Source of the DNA: Eledone cirrhosa
Lineage: Eukaryota
DNA: 64,000 bases
Assembly: GCA_964016885.1 (NCBI GenBank)
Contig: OZ024742.1
Span: forward strand, 159,526,001-159,590,000
Direction: 5' to 3'
The notes below the pieces were generated by a model. The model worked only from the letters and a program-made list of their open reading frames with translations. It was not told where the DNA came from and did no database searches. Shown one piece after another: positions 26,431 through 40,246 of this stretch. Each line of letters begins with the position of its first letter. The first letter of the stretch is position 1. A program made the position numbers and the translations under genes.

Positions 26431-28182
26431 TGCCATCCTTTAATTTTTTTTATTTAAGGCCCCACATCGGTCGCTAATGACTATGGTTTTGCACCTAGAA
26501 AGTTTCCCTCTGAGGTTTGTGCCTCAGAGGGAATCAAGGTTTGTTTGTGGAAGACCAGCAGTCGCCCATGCATACTAGTCTCCTCGCTCCACGTCACCGA
26601 TGTTGTCGAAAGGAAAGGCAATGGCCGATACAACTTGGCACATGTGACGTCGCAACTAATTTCTAGAGCTCTTTCCAGTCATCTGTCTCTGAGGACTCTG
26701 GTATGAACCATACGTTTATGGGTGGGGGTGGGCACATAAAACGAGCAAATTTAGATGATTTTCAAGGTCAGATTTGTTTAAAACGCATTAAAAACTACTG
26801 AGAAAACATGCATTTCACTTCCAAAAGCAAACAGATGTAATAGAAAAGATTTGACCTTTGACCAAAAGTGGTCCAGTCGTGACGATCCAGTCTTTTTCAT
26901 ACCTAAGTCTACATTGTCTGATTTATCAATACATTTTATTAAGATTGCAGGCAGAGAAATGAGATATTTGGCTGCTATTTCTAGCATGCTGGACTCTAAT
27001 ATAGTAATGTTCGTTAAATGAAGCTTTCCAAACCAACTACATGGTTACTTTTGTATAAGGCTAGGTTCAGTGTAACCTTATATGTAATACAGAGAACAAA
27101 AATATTTCTTGATTGAACTGACACCCACAATTAGAGGAAAAAAACCTTAATATTATTGATAATTCTTCTCAAGAAAGTCAAGGGATAAAACGCTGTAATT
27201 CAAATTGATTTAAAGGTATGTATTAAAGAATGCGTTTGGTCATAGGAGAATATGGTGACAACTCCAGGCATAATACACCTCTTCAGCGGAGCAAACTTCT
27301 AACACATAATTAAAAAGAAATAATAATTTTGACTTACTATTTTGATTCAATATTAACATAGCCTACACTTAAATATATTTTGTTCATGCAGAAGGCATCT
27401 CTTGGAAATTTTCCAATGCTATAATATTTGTATACAATCGATATATTTGAGGTGTATCAACCGAAATGAATAAACAGTATTCTAACATGGATTATCTTTG
27501 TGCTGTTAGGTTTGAATCTGTTTAGGGATGAAAGGAGTGTTGGTTTTCTAAAGGTGTTTAAGGGAAGACGGGTGTTAAATGATGATAATAATGATGATGA
27601 TGTACGGTATTTACTCTCAGGTCTTGAATAATTATCTCCCCACGGCTTAGTAAATATTGCCAATCTATCTCCGGTGAAATTTTATTGTAAGTGATTCATA
27701 TTGATACAGCAGCTGGAGAATCTAATAATAATTTTATTTTACCTTAAAAAAATTATATATGACAAAAAGGAACATTACAAGAAATCCCATATTTGTGAAA
27801 GTACACTATACAACTACCGATTTCCCAAGCCACCGCCTATAAGAATTTAAGCAAATATCCAACGCCCGCTTACCCCCCCCCCCCTATTATTTGGGACCCG
27901 AGAGTAGTTAACATATATTTTGTCTTTTCTGAAAAAAAACCAAAACTTGCTGGGTGAATATGGTACACCGAGGAAGTCTAATAAGATATACAAAGTTGGT
28001 TTATAGACAAGGTACGATCTCACTGCTGTAGGAGTTTTCTTCTCTGTTCAAATTCTCATCATATGAAAAAAACCCCTAAAGAGAGTTTCAGTCTTGATAT
28101 AGCGAGGACTGTCTCAGTTGATTGGGGCTTTTCCCCATTCGCCACATTCAAACTCCAAGATTGTGAATGTGTGTGTATGTAT

Positions 28183-28205
28183 GTACTTTGCTTGAAGCAA
28201 GACTA

Positions 28206-28262
<57 letters not shown>

Positions 28263-28668
28263 CTGTGTATGTATGTACTTTGCTTGAAGCAAGACTATTT
28301 GTGTGTGTGTGAGTGAGTGTGTGTGTGCGTGTGCATGTACTTTGCTTGAAGCAAGACTATTTGTGTGTGTGTATGTGTGTGTGTGTATGTATGTACTTTG
28401 CTTCAAGCAAGACTATTTGTGTGTGTGTATGTGCGTGTGCATGTACTTTGCTTGAAGCAAGACTATTTGTGTGTGTGTATGTGTGTGTGTGTGTGTGTAT
28501 GTATGTACTTTGCTTAAAGCAAGACTATTTGTGTGTGAGTGTGTGAGTGTGTGAGTGTGTGTGTGTGTGCCTGTGTATGTATGTACTTTGCTTGAAGCAA
28601 GACTATTTGTGTGTGTGTGAGTGTGTGTGCGTGTGCATGTACTTTGCTTGAAGCAAGACTATTTGTGT

Positions 28669-28700
<32 letters not shown>

Positions 28701-29519
28701 ATGTACTTTGCTTGAAGCAAGACTATTTGTGTGTGTGAGTGTGTGTGAGTGTGTGTGTACTTTGCTTGAAGCAAGACTATTTGTGTGAGTGTATGTGTGT
28801 GTGTGTGTGTGTACTTTGCTTGAAGCAAGACTATTTGTGTGTATGAGAGTGTGTGTGAGAGTGTGTATGTATGTACTTTGCTTGAAGCAAAACTATTTGT
28901 GTGTGTGAGAGTGTGTGTGCGTGTGTATGTACTTTGCTTGAAGCAAGACTATTTGTGTGTGTGAGTGTGTGTGAGAGTGTGTATGTATGTACTTTGCTTG
29001 AAGCAAGACTATTTGTGTGTATGAGAGTGTGTGTGTGTATGTGCATGTGTATGTATGTACTTTGCTTGAAGCAAGACTATTTGTGTGTGTGTGAGTGTGT
29101 GTGTGTGCCTGTGTATGTATGTCCTTTGCTTCAAGCAAGACTATTTGTGTGTGTGTGAGTGTGTGTGTGTGTGTGTATGTGTGTGAGTGTGTGTGTGTGC
29201 CTGTGTATGTATGTACTTTGCTTGAAGCAAGACTATTTGTGTGTGTGTGAGTGTCTGTGTGTGTGTGCCTGTGTATGTATGTACTTTGCTTGAAGCAAGA
29301 CTATTTGTGTGTGTGTGAGTGTGTGTGTGTGTGTGCGTGTGTATGTATGTACTTTGCTTGAAGCAAGACTATTTGTGTGTGTGTGTATGTATGTACTTTG
29401 TTTGAAACAAGACTATTTGTGTGCGTGTGTGTGTTTGTGTGTATGTATGTACTTTGCTTGAAGCAAGACTATTTGTGTGTGTGTGTGTGTGTGAGTGCAT
29501 GTATGTAATTTGCTTGAAA
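28183..29519 (+). repeat. Satellite: 21 full plus 1 partial copies of GTACTTTGCTTGAAGCAAGACTATTT separated by variable (TG)n-type spacers
   Basis: Counted unit starts 28183, 28275, 28337 ... 29449, 29505. Period 44-92 bp. Confidence 0.95.
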
Positions 29520-29632
29520 TTATGCGAAATATGTAGGAAACAGTGTGTTATAGAAGGCTATGGGAATGTAATTCAAACATGAAATATCAGTAATAACAAT
29601 AACAAAGTTACTGAAATGATACTTTAGAAATA

Positions 29633-29820
29633 ATTGTTTCTACTTTTGGCACAAGGCCAGTAAATACCCAGTACATTACTGGTACTTTATTTTATCGACC
29701 CCGTAAGGATGAAATGCAAAGTTAACCTCGGCGGGATTTGAACTCAGATCGTAAAGAGACGTAACTATGCTGCAAAGCATGGCGTCCGACTCTCTACCGA
29801 TACTGCCAATTCACCGCCCC
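29633..29820 (-). mobile_element. tRNA-SINE, full length
   Basis: Reverse complement of the family at 5255-6270. Confidence 0.85.
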
Positions 29821-30681
29821 ACTTTAGAAATAATGAAATAATTATTCACAAGATTTCGACTATAATATCCTATTGCGTAGATAATAAAGGAATAAGAGAG
29901 AGAGAGAGAGGGGGGGGGGGCAGCGTGGGAGGAAGAGAGAGGGAGAGTTGAACGAAGAAAGATTGTAATTCTTTTAGGGAGGTAGGCAGTACTGATTCCT
30001 GTGGATGATATTCAAAAGACCACGTACGTAGAAGTAGAGAATTCTTTGGTGGTTAATTATATTTAGGATGTGCCATGTATTTGAGGAGGAATTGGGCCAA
30101 ATATAGGTGTGTATAGAAGGCGGGGAATTTGTAGAATAGTGAGGATATGGGATAGAATCTTTTGCAGAGTTTGCTCTGAGAATCAGAGCAAACTCTGCAA
30201 AACATTCTATCCAATAGCCTCACTATTGCGTTCAAATCCCGAGGTCAACTTTGCCTTTCTTTTTCAGTGGATAATAAAAGGTACTAGTCCAGGAATGAGG
30301 CAGAGTCATTCTCTATATATCATTTTCTTTTTCACTTTCTCTATCTCCTCTGGAAGAAATTAGTTGCGTTCAGATCAGGAGAAGGAATGGACTCCACTAG
30401 ATTTAAAATACTCAAGACATGTTGTATGACATGACTCCATCAGGAGTTATGGGTCCATACATACATTGTAATGTATGGTGACTACAGGCAATGGCTATTT
30501 ATAATAGCCATTGCATCTCATACAACTCTGATTGTTAATTGTTGTTTTTTCTTAGTATGGCTTCTTGTATTTGAAAGTTGGCGATATTATGACAAAGGGG
30601 TCTGGTAGTGACTGTGATGTCCTTGTTAATGTTCCTACATCACATACGTCCCCAACACACGCTCACTTAGACCCCCCCCCC

Positions 30682-30721
<40 letters not shown>

Positions 30722-30827
30722 GGTGTGTGTCCCCAAAATGTATGCACACTTCAACAACATTCTAATAAATATTGCCTGTATATGTAATCAAAGTGTGTAT
30801 AAATTTTTGTGGGACATCCTATATATG

Positions 30828-30858
<31 letters not shown>

Positions 30859-32267
30859 ATGGAGGAACAAAGTGATACACAAAAACACATCCACATACAT
30901 AAATTAAAATATTAGTCTATCTTGAAACTACGTCGCCATTTCTCAACAAATCTTCTCAAAATGTGGCACGTGGAACAACATTCATTTCAGAATAATCCAT
31001 GAACAAAGTGTCCTGACTTCCAGTCACCTTAGAAATAAACAAAACTGATTCCAGAAAGAAGATGGAGAAGTCGAACAGTGAAAGATAATCGTCCTGAAGA
31101 ACAAAATGAAAACAAACATTATAATTTACTGTTCTGATAATAATTTACTCTTTTGAATTTTCTTTTTCTCTCTCACTCTCTCTTCATCTCCTTTTCCTCT
31201 CTCACACATATTTTTCTCAATCATTTCTGTGTTTGTAACGGTGTATTTCACAGGTGTATTTCACAGGTGTATTTAAAAGGTGTATTTAACAGGTGTATTT
31301 AAGTGCCAGAGAGTTACTTAAGACAACAAAGTAACTGAAAATAAAATAAAAATATCTGTTATATCTACTTTTACAGCTCTCTTATTTAGAATGTTCTAAA
31401 AATATACATGACCTTCTACGTGGTATATCTACTTTTACAGCTATCTCATTAAAGGTTGTCACAATACATAAAAACACAAAGGCATTCTTAAAACACAAAT
31501 AGAAATATATGACGTACTGCATGCTACATAACACTCCTGTAAATTTGGTATATAGTGGGTATCTTGTAGATCGAAATCTAGATATGATGGGGCAAACCTG
31601 ACTTCCTATTCAGAACGAACACTCTAAAATTAACTAAAATCACCCTAATTTTACTAAAGAAACCTTTGTTTCATTTTGCCATGCACCTAGCCTCCTCATA
31701 TTTAGATGCATGACAAAAGGAAACAAAAAGTGTTATTATTTTTATTATGTAATTAAATGAAATTCTCATTTTCAAGTATGCATGAGTGTAGGGTTGTGTT
31801 TTGTTTGTTTTTAATGTTTTGAAATATTCCTTCATTAAATTGTAACTGGATTATTGGGTATTTGAGCGTGTAAAATGTTTATCCTATAACAGCTTTTAGA
31901 ATAAAGAAAAATCTACTTATAATCAAGCAATCAGCAATAATTATCAGCTCAGTAGGTTAATTTATATTGAACATTCAACAACAGGAAGTGAAATATTGTA
32001 AAGGTATCCTGTCTTCGTCTTTAGATTCATTGATCAGTTTATATCTCAACTTCTAACTGAATATTTGAACATTTCTTGTTTGAACTTGTTACTTCTCTTC
32101 TCTTTATTTATTATTTTCAACAAGGACATACGTTATATCTATTATTATAGTTTGATGATAGGTTGTGACTTGGCAGAGTCGTTAGAGCGTCGGACAAGTG
32201 CTTAGCAATATTTGTTCCGGCTAGGTTCTATCTTCAAATCCCTCTGAGTTTAACTTCGACACACATC

Positions 32268-32374
<107 letters not shown>

Positions 32375-32458
32375 GGAGGTGAGTTTTATTGTAGTACAAT
32401 AAAGCAATGCAGATATCGGATAAGAAGCACTCTACAGTTTGTAGGACTGGAGTATAAA

Positions 32459-32795
32459 TAATATATAAGATCAAAAGATGGTTAAAAGAGTTCCATGTAT
32501 TTTATTATGCGCATTTCAAAAAAAAATATCATTATGGGATGATATCTGCGTTCTCATCAGATAAAATAGGGATACATGATATGAAGCTTAAAAAACACTT
32601 GTGAATAGTGCAGTTTTAAATCAACATATCTTGATATGTTGATTTAAAACTGCACTATTCACAAGTGTGTTTTAACCTTCATATCATGTCTCCCTATTTT
32701 ATCTGATGAAAACGCAAATGTTATTGCATGATGATATTTGTTTTTGAAATGCGCATAATAAAATACATGGAACTCTTTTAACCATCTTTTGATCT

Positions 32796-32804
<9 letters not shown>
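32459..32804. mobile_element. Head-to-head palindrome (about 172-bp arms, 2-nt loop) with one hammerhead per strand
   Basis: Centre ...caacatatc TT gatatgttg.... HHRs at 32500-32567 (-) and 32696-32764 (+): auuuuau CUGAUGA ... GAAA ugcgca UA auaaaau. Confidence 0.85.
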
Positions 32805-32839
<35 letters not shown>

Positions 32840-33034
32840 ATACTTGGGGAGGGTCATATTTGTGTAATAGTATTACCAGAATTAATAACAGAACACACTC
32901 ACTGTTTGGTTGGTTTTCGCTTCTGTGTCCTTTATATTGGTTAATTTAATTTATTCGGTCCTCAATGTTGCTATTGACTGACCAATGGTAAAAAATACAG
33001 ATACAATATAGACACAAACACATATATATAGTCT

Positions 33035-33076
33035 ATCAAAGTTCTTTCGTTGCACATCTGCAACATCGTCAGTGGT
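33035..33076 (-). ncRNA. Minimal hammerhead in the PLE 3' pseudo-LTR
   Basis: CUGACGA u guugca-gaug-ugcaac GAAA gaac UU. Stem II covaries with the copy at 62670-62711. Confidence 0.7.
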
Positions 33077-35662
33077 GCTATTATGTTTCCTCCCGTTGCA
33101 TTGTGTGCTTACGCCATCTTTATTTAGTCTGTTTATTTATTTATTTATTTGTTTTTTTTTGTCTTCTCTGCGCATGCGTTTGCGTGTGTGTATAGTGTTT
33201 TGTTTGATGTGTGTTTTTGTTTGGGTGACTGTGTATTGGTTAATGTATTCTATCTTAGTTTACTAGTGTGTGTTTATATGTGTTTGTTGTTATTGTTCTT
33301 GTGTATTTATTTATTTATTTATTTATTTATCTATTTATTTATACTTCTCTTAGGTCAGTGATGTTTGTTTGAGTGTTGTTGTTATTCCATTCATTTTTTC
33401 TGTTTAGCCTTGGCCTTCTAAGTTCTATTTCGCTGGCCTCTCTGATGTGCCTATCTGCTGGGTCATTTCTATGTTTAGATATTATTCTAACTTCTATGTT
33501 GTCTATGTTACCGTTGTTTGGCATGTTCGTATAGTACTGAACCGTTTTTCGTCCTTTTAGTTCCCCCCAGTGTTGGTCTATCATTTCACCTATGCTACGA
33601 GTTGTCTCGCCTATGTATGTTGTTGTCATGTTTCTGCAAGTACCCTCTGTACATCTTATGCTATAGACTACGTTTCTAGTTTTACAGTTTATCCGGGGTT
33701 TACTCTACATATGATACATTTCCTATTAGTACAGTTTGTTTTCTTAAAAGGGTAGGTTTTGCTGATCAGGGATTTTATGGTGGTTCCTGGCTTTTCTACC
33801 TCCTTAATCTTTAAGTGGGTCTTTCTCAGGGCCTTTCTTCACTGGTTAGCTAATTTCCCTCCAGGGGTAGCGTCCACAAACATGACACTCTGGTATCTCT
33901 AGTTGTCGTACAATGAAGTGGCTTTCCCTATCTTATGTCTAGTCCTATCTAAACTATTCCATGATTTGCTCCTGTATAATGGGCAAATTCCTTTATGAGG
34001 GTCTTATACTTCTCCGTGGCTCCTTCGTATACTCTGTTTCTGTCTCTTTGGAGAACTGCATGCGGTTGATGAAGTGTTGGATGTGTCTTTCCATTTCTGT
34101 TGGGTCGCACATGCGGGACACGTTCTTCATCACTCGTACCAGCACTACTGGACATTGCTGAGTTTTTGAGTATCAGGTATTTGGAGGCCATGGGTTTAGC
34201 ATAGTGTAAGTGGAGAATTTGGGCTCTCTCGTCTATAGTGTTAATCCAGAGTTCCGTGTCTAATACAGGTAGTCTATTGTTAGGGTGTTTGGAAGGGTAG
34301 TCGATAGTTACAGTTATACTCTGGTGTATGGAATTAGCTATCTGCAAGGAGATCTTTGAGTCTACTTTCCCACCATACCATAAAAAGGTTGGCAACGTCA
34401 CCAGCTATGCTGACACCAATGGCTGCTCCCTCATTTTGGGTGTAGATCTTCTCGCGGCCCTTTAGGGTAGTTTTGATACTGGCCCCTATTGCATGTGCGA
34501 CCATTTTTCTTACCTGATCATTGTTTTGGGGGGTCCGTATAGCTTTGGTCCACCCAATCCACCTTCCCATGGGAGTCCTTTTTGCCATTGAGGTTATGGG
34601 TTTTTTTTTTGGGGGGGGGGGTCTACCTCTTATGGGTCTACTGGGGCAGAAACGTCTAAGGTCATAGTGTCTAGGTAGTCAGTGTCGTAGGTAAGTCTAA
34701 GTAGGAGGCCCAGTTCGTCTGTGTCGACGTCGCAGAACTCCACCTCACTCTCAATGATCATGTCCACACATTTTTCCACAGCAAAATCAATGTTAATGGA
34801 TGGGTACAGTGATACCACATCCATACTGCCTATTATGCAGTTGGATAGGTTCCTGTTTTTGTTGCACTCACTGATTCTACTGAGGAGGTCCTCTGTACTG
34901 TCACATACATCTGGGGACATCTTGATTATGGGGCGTATAACCATTGAGAGGAAGTAGGAGATCCTGCAGTTGCTAGCTATATTTGCTCCGCATGCAGGTC
35001 TTGTTGGTGGTCCTGTTGTCGGGTCGTCGACTTCTTGTGGTCTTTGTGGAGCCCATACAAGGGTGGTATGCCATTGTTGGACGCCTGGAAGTTGTTGGCA
35101 GTACGTCTGCTTGGCTTTAGGATGTCGGTCCACATCATCATGTGAGCGTTGAGGATTTTCTCTCTCCCATTATGTATTTGCTGTGCAATTTCGCTCGTGT
35201 TGGTGATGTGGGGTTGCATAGCCTTGATGTAGTTCGGCATGCTGTTTATTGACATCCTACCAGACTTATCCGTGGGTAGACATACTACCTCACCATCCCT
35301 TGTGCGCTGCTTGAGGCTAACGAAGTCTTCTGCAGGTTTCCTCCCAAGTTGTTGGACCTCTGGTCTGCTCTGTCTCTTAGTTTACCGGTCTACTATTTGT
35401 CTAATCTTATTTCTAGCTATGGTGAACTGTGCCTCTGTCTCGTCATCTATTTGTTGTGGTATGCAAACTCTTTTATTAAAGGGTAACCTCGTAGGATAGA
35501 TATTACCCATCTTATATGTTTTGTCAGCTGGGTTGAAGAATAGTTTCTCTAAGGGGTTGTCATTATATCTATCGTCATAGTTGTGTGTGTTGCTATTATT
35601 GTTATTATGGTGGTTGTTGTTCTTCCTATCAATAGCATTATTATTATTGTTATTATTATTGT

Positions 35663-36430
35663 AGGCGGTGGATTGGCAGTATCTGTAGAGTGTCTGACGC
35701 CATGGTTTGACGCATAGAGTTACGGCCCTTGCCATTCTGAGTTCGAATCCCGCCGAGGTTAACTTTGCCTTTTAACCTTACGGGGTCGATAAAATAAAGT
35801 ACCAGTAATACACTGGGTAATTTGCTGGCCTTGTGCCTAACGTAGAAACAATTATTATTATTGTTATGATTGCTAGATATATTGTTGTTGTTTTCTCCAC
35901 CGTTATTGTTGTTGTTACTGTTATTTCTACCATTGCGGTTGTTACTTTTATTATGTTTCTTGTTTTTGCTGTGTCTATCATTAATGTTGCTACCTGTACT
36001 ATTTCCATTATTACCACTGTGGTTGTTGTTGTTGTTGTTACCGTTATTACTACTGTGGTCGCTGCTGCTGTGTCTGTAGTTAATGTTTCTATTATTATTA
36101 TTATTGTGTGCCTAAAGTAGAAACAATTATTATTGTGGTTGTTGTTGTTGTTCTGTCTATCGTTAATATTATTACCATTATTACTATTTCTCACTCTCCT
36201 GCTATTGTTATTGTTATGACTGTTACTATTATAGCTGTTATTTCTATACTCAGAGTTATTGTTTATATTACTACTATCGTTATTATTGTTGTTGTTACGT
36301 CCCTTTACGATCTGAGTTCAAATCCCGCCGAGGTTGACTTTGCCTTTCATCCTTACGGGGTCGATGAAATAAAGTACCAGTAACGCACTGGGTAATTGCT
36401 GGCCTTGTGCCTAAAGTAGAAACAGTTATT
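35663..36430 (+). mobile_element. SINE copies (35663-35860, tail only near 36108, 36296-36430) nested in the PLE low-complexity region
   Basis: Family core and the tail tgtgcctaaagtagaaacaattattatt, embedded in (TTA/TTG)n. Confidence 0.85.
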
Positions 36431-37014
36431 ATTGTTGTTGTTGTCCGTATAGTTGTTGTTGTTGTTTACTTTTTGCATTCCAACGTATTTTTGTGAAACA
36501 CTTTTCCAGCTCCGTTTTACACTCCATAGGGTTAATCTTTTTGTAGATGGCAAATTTTGGTGGTAGCTGCAGGATTGGTTGTTCTTGTTCACTGATTAAA
36601 GTGTTCCCATAAATATTTACTGTGTGGTCATTGGTAAATTCTTCCGGTAGTTCTACATTAGTCATACGGATATTGTTGATGTTATCTGGGTATTTTTGTG
36701 AATATTCGACTTTTCTTTCTTCTAGTTTTTTTCTTATTCATTCATTCTAATTTCTTATAGAAATGCCTATTGCATTCGTTTCGGGCGTATTTCGTTTCAC
36801 GTCGGATGACGCTCATGAAGTCATCCCTCTTGTTTGGTGTGGTGAGATTTTGGACTTCCTTACCGTTAATGCGTTTCTCTCTGTAAAGTTCGTTAACTTT
36901 TGTGTATGTTGTTCTTTTCCTATTAACTGTTATTGTGTGTTTTAGTCGTTCAGCTTGTGTTTTGTTCAATAATAAATTATTTACTTGTTTTGATATGTTT
37001 GTTGTGTATAGCAC

Positions 37015-38330
37015 ATTGGGGAAATCTAGTCGATAACTGTCAGTTGGAACTGGCTGAGTAGGTGCTTGAGGCTTTTGCAATCCCAGCGTGCGTCTAAGAT
37101 GTCATTCCAGTCCCCCGCTAACAGTAAAAGGCGAGACGTACCCAGAAAGGTCTCCAGGCCCCTAAAGAAGTCCGGTCGTCCGGCCCCTGTAGGGGCGTAG
37201 ACGGCCAGCAGTCTAAAGGCACCACCTTCGCTACTGCTCACCTCCAAGACCACCAACTTACCGTCCGGGTCCCGGAAGATCGACCTTACCTCGAGATCCA
37301 GTCCTTTCCTAAACAGCACTGCCACCCCACCCCTATTCCCGGCCTGCTAACCGATGCGAAGATCTGATAGTCGTCGAAAATGGGGGCTAGTGCGCGCGTG
37401 TCGGAAATTGTGGTCTGCTGACGGCAATCACATCCATTTCCAGCGAACTGAGGTCGTTGAGCAGGCGACCCTGCTTCCAGGGTGACCCCAGGCCGCGAAC
37501 ATTTAAACTTCCTACTCTTAATATGGCCATATTGGTAAGCTAAGAGAGAGAGGGAAGGTTTACTTACCTCCCGGGGTCTTGTGAAGGTCGGGTGGTTCGA
37601 CCTCCATGGTTGGTGGGGTTTCTTTTGGGAACCCCTTTAAAAGTTTTGATGTGGGTTTCACATTCGGGGTTCCCACGTCTTGAGGAAAGCTCTCTCGAAT
37701 TTCTTTGAAGGAATTGAGTGACATTCGGACCAGAAGCAAATCTTCTGGCACGCAAAATGTGCTCATTTCAAAGATCTCCGCCTCTGTTTGAATGTCCTCG
37801 CTTCATGCTAAGAGGGCCATCAGTTTATCGTTGGCCCTTCTGACAAGCACGAAGTTTTTAACATTTTGTTGGTGTAGTTTTATTTGTTTTCGTTTTGGTG
37901 ACTGTGGTGGTGATGGTTTTGGTGGTGTTGTTTCGTGTATGTCTGTGTTTGTTGTAGGTGTGGTGTCTGCAATTTCAGGTATTTGTGTGTTTATTTGTGC
38001 TTGTGTTTGTTTAGGTTGTTTGCGTTTCGGGGATTGTGGAGGTGGTGTCGATGTTGCTGTTGGTGATGATGTTCTTGGGGGAGTGTTTGCGTTAGTGGTG
38101 TCTGTATTTTTTGTTGTGTATGTTTTTATGTTTTGTTGGGGCTTTTTTTTTTGTGAGTTTTCTCTGTTTTTTTTGCACTTTTGGGTTTTCCCTCATCTTC
38201 GCTGCTGGAAGACAAAGGGTCTGTGATGTGAGTGTCTCTGTGTCTGTGTGTGCGTTTATTGTTTTTCTGTGTGTGCGTTTATTAAGCCACAACGCATCAC
38301 TTTACGGCATAGGGCCCCAATATTTAATAT
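37015..38330 (-). mobile_element. L1/Tx1 5' fragment (ORF1 end; ORF2 ATG at 37530 with APE)
   Basis: MAILRVGSLNVRGL...AGDWNDILD. ORF1 ends LLKGFPKETPPTMEVEPP...GK*. Confidence 0.85.
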
Positions 38331-39062
38331 TTAATTTTGGATCAGAAATGTTATAGTCGAAAAAGAGAAAAATGGCAAAATGGCTAAATGGCTAAGTGGA
38401 CAGATAGGCAAATAATTTCACCACCAACATCACGACCGCCACCATCACTACCACCACGCCAAAAGCTCTAGTTAAGTTACCTCAACTTCTATTTCTGCTT
38501 CAATTTCAACACCATCACTACAGTACTACGATCACATCACCAACACCACTGTCTCATTATCGCTACCGCCGCTATTCTCTCCCACTACCTCCTGCTAAGT
38601 ACTACTAGCACAGCACCACCACCACCATCACCACTGCCTCATTATCGCTACCGCCGCTATTCTCTCCCACTACCTCCTGCTAAGACATGCATCGTAGTGT
38701 CCCCACTAAAAGAGGAAGGCGTCAAAAGATATAAATAGACTGATTTGATGACCCGGTCAAAAAATCAAAAAACCAAATATCAAAATCAAAACAGCACAGC
38801 AACAACGAAAAACGCAAAGAAAAGAAAAATGAAAAGAAAAACAAACAGACGGACAGAGAAGGAAAAAAAAAAACTAAGTCAGACATTCAAATATTACATT
38901 GCAATGAAACTTATGCTTATTCTTTTTTTGGGGTTTTTTACCTATTTGTTTGTTTGTTTAGTTATGTTGGTCTACCGTGATAGTGCCACACTAAAATCAC
39001 CGGGGTTGATGAAATCACCGGTGGTTATGTAACATTCACCAATCCTCGATAAGAGTGTTTAA

Positions 39063-40002
39063 ATGTCGAACCTAAACAGTTCGAATAACGGTGAAGTGGA
39101 GACTGAAATGTCATGTGACAGACTCTCACCCACCAGGTGCTCCCTGGCCCAGCAGCAGGGACCTGGCTGTCAACCAAATACTGCTGGTGTCGGAGGAAGA
39201 AGAAGAAGGAAAGGGAGCAGAACCAGCTGGACGAAAGAATTGAATAGAACTGTTATGCAATGTTACCTGAAGAGTAACCCCAAGGAGAAAGGCTATAGGA
39301 AACAGATGCATAACATCTGGAACGAGATTGGTCTATTTAAATTAGATTAACAAACATTGGCCGGGCAGACTCGGGTAATAAGAACTAATGGGTGGATAAG
39401 CGAGCTGGAACTGGAGGAACTGAGCAGAGAGATTAGGTTGGAAATGGAGAGTGGAGTATGCCAGGCAAACGAGCCAGTGCGAAATGAAGGTGAAGAGGTT
39501 GAGAGAACGGAGGAAGCATCCGAAGCAGACAATGATCTGAATGCTGAAATAAATAATACCTGGAACAAAGATACGGCCATTGAGGAGATGAATGCTGACG
39601 GGCTAGGACAAGATTTGGTTGATATCCTAAACTTAGTGGTAGATGAATTGAACAATGATAGTGGGAAACCTATGAACCTAAGATTTGTAGACAGGAAAAA
39701 GTTAAAAGAAACAACAGCTAAGGTAAACAGAGTCATCCCATACCTTGAGGCGAGGAGCCTTCACCAGTGCAACAATATCCTCAAAGCAACAGCAAATGCG
39801 GTGAGGAAATTACTTGGCATAAAAGCGAGAGGAAACAACAAACAAGAAAGATCAGAACCTTGGTGGAAGAAACGACTGAATGGTCAAATCAGGGAAATGA
39901 GAAACGACATTGGAAAGCTTGAGTCCCTACTGAATGGGACACTAAAAAACATAGACACTAAAAATAAACTGAAAATAAAGTACAAAACTAGGAGGAAAAA
40001 GC
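39063..40002 (+). mobile_element. R4/Dong 5' region, cut off by a SINE at 40003
   Basis: WTKELNRTVMQCY...GYRKQMHNIW and PWWKKRL. Same family as 2675-5229. Confidence 0.85.
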
Positions 40003-40185
40003 TTGGCAGTATCGGTAGAGAGTCAGACGCCATGCTTTCCAGCATAGTTACGTCCCTTTACGATCTGAGTTCAAATCCTGCCGAGGTTGACTTTGCCTAT
40101 CATCCTTACGGGGTCGATAAAATAAAGTACCAGTAATACACTGGCTAATTGCTGGCCTTGTGCCTAAAGTAGAAACAATTATCAT

Positions 40186-40246
<61 letters not shown>

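Larger units (their letters stand above)
32835..37010 (-). mobile_element. Penelope-like element (RT plus GIY-YIG), decayed, 3' end abutting (TA)n
   Basis: PTDKSG, PPLYGLHKDHK, SMDVVSLYPSI, QNEGAAIG, LPVLD, YAKPMAS, YIGETTRS, RHIREA...LNRKNEW. Confidence 0.9.

Noticed and set aside
27457-27663. LRR-like peptide SSFNTRLPLNTF
   Set aside because: Partly encoded by an RTE-type (GAT)n tail.
28183-29519. CRISPR array
   Set aside because: Spacers are (TG)n microsatellite, there are no cas genes, and the context is eukaryotic.
35560-36460. Poly-Asn/Thr/Ile ORFs, and all YIYI/VCVC/HTHT ORFs elsewhere
   Set aside because: Translations of simple repeats.
38968-39050. HDV-like ribozyme at the R4 5' end
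   Set aside because: A hairpin is present but I could not build the nested double pseudoknot.
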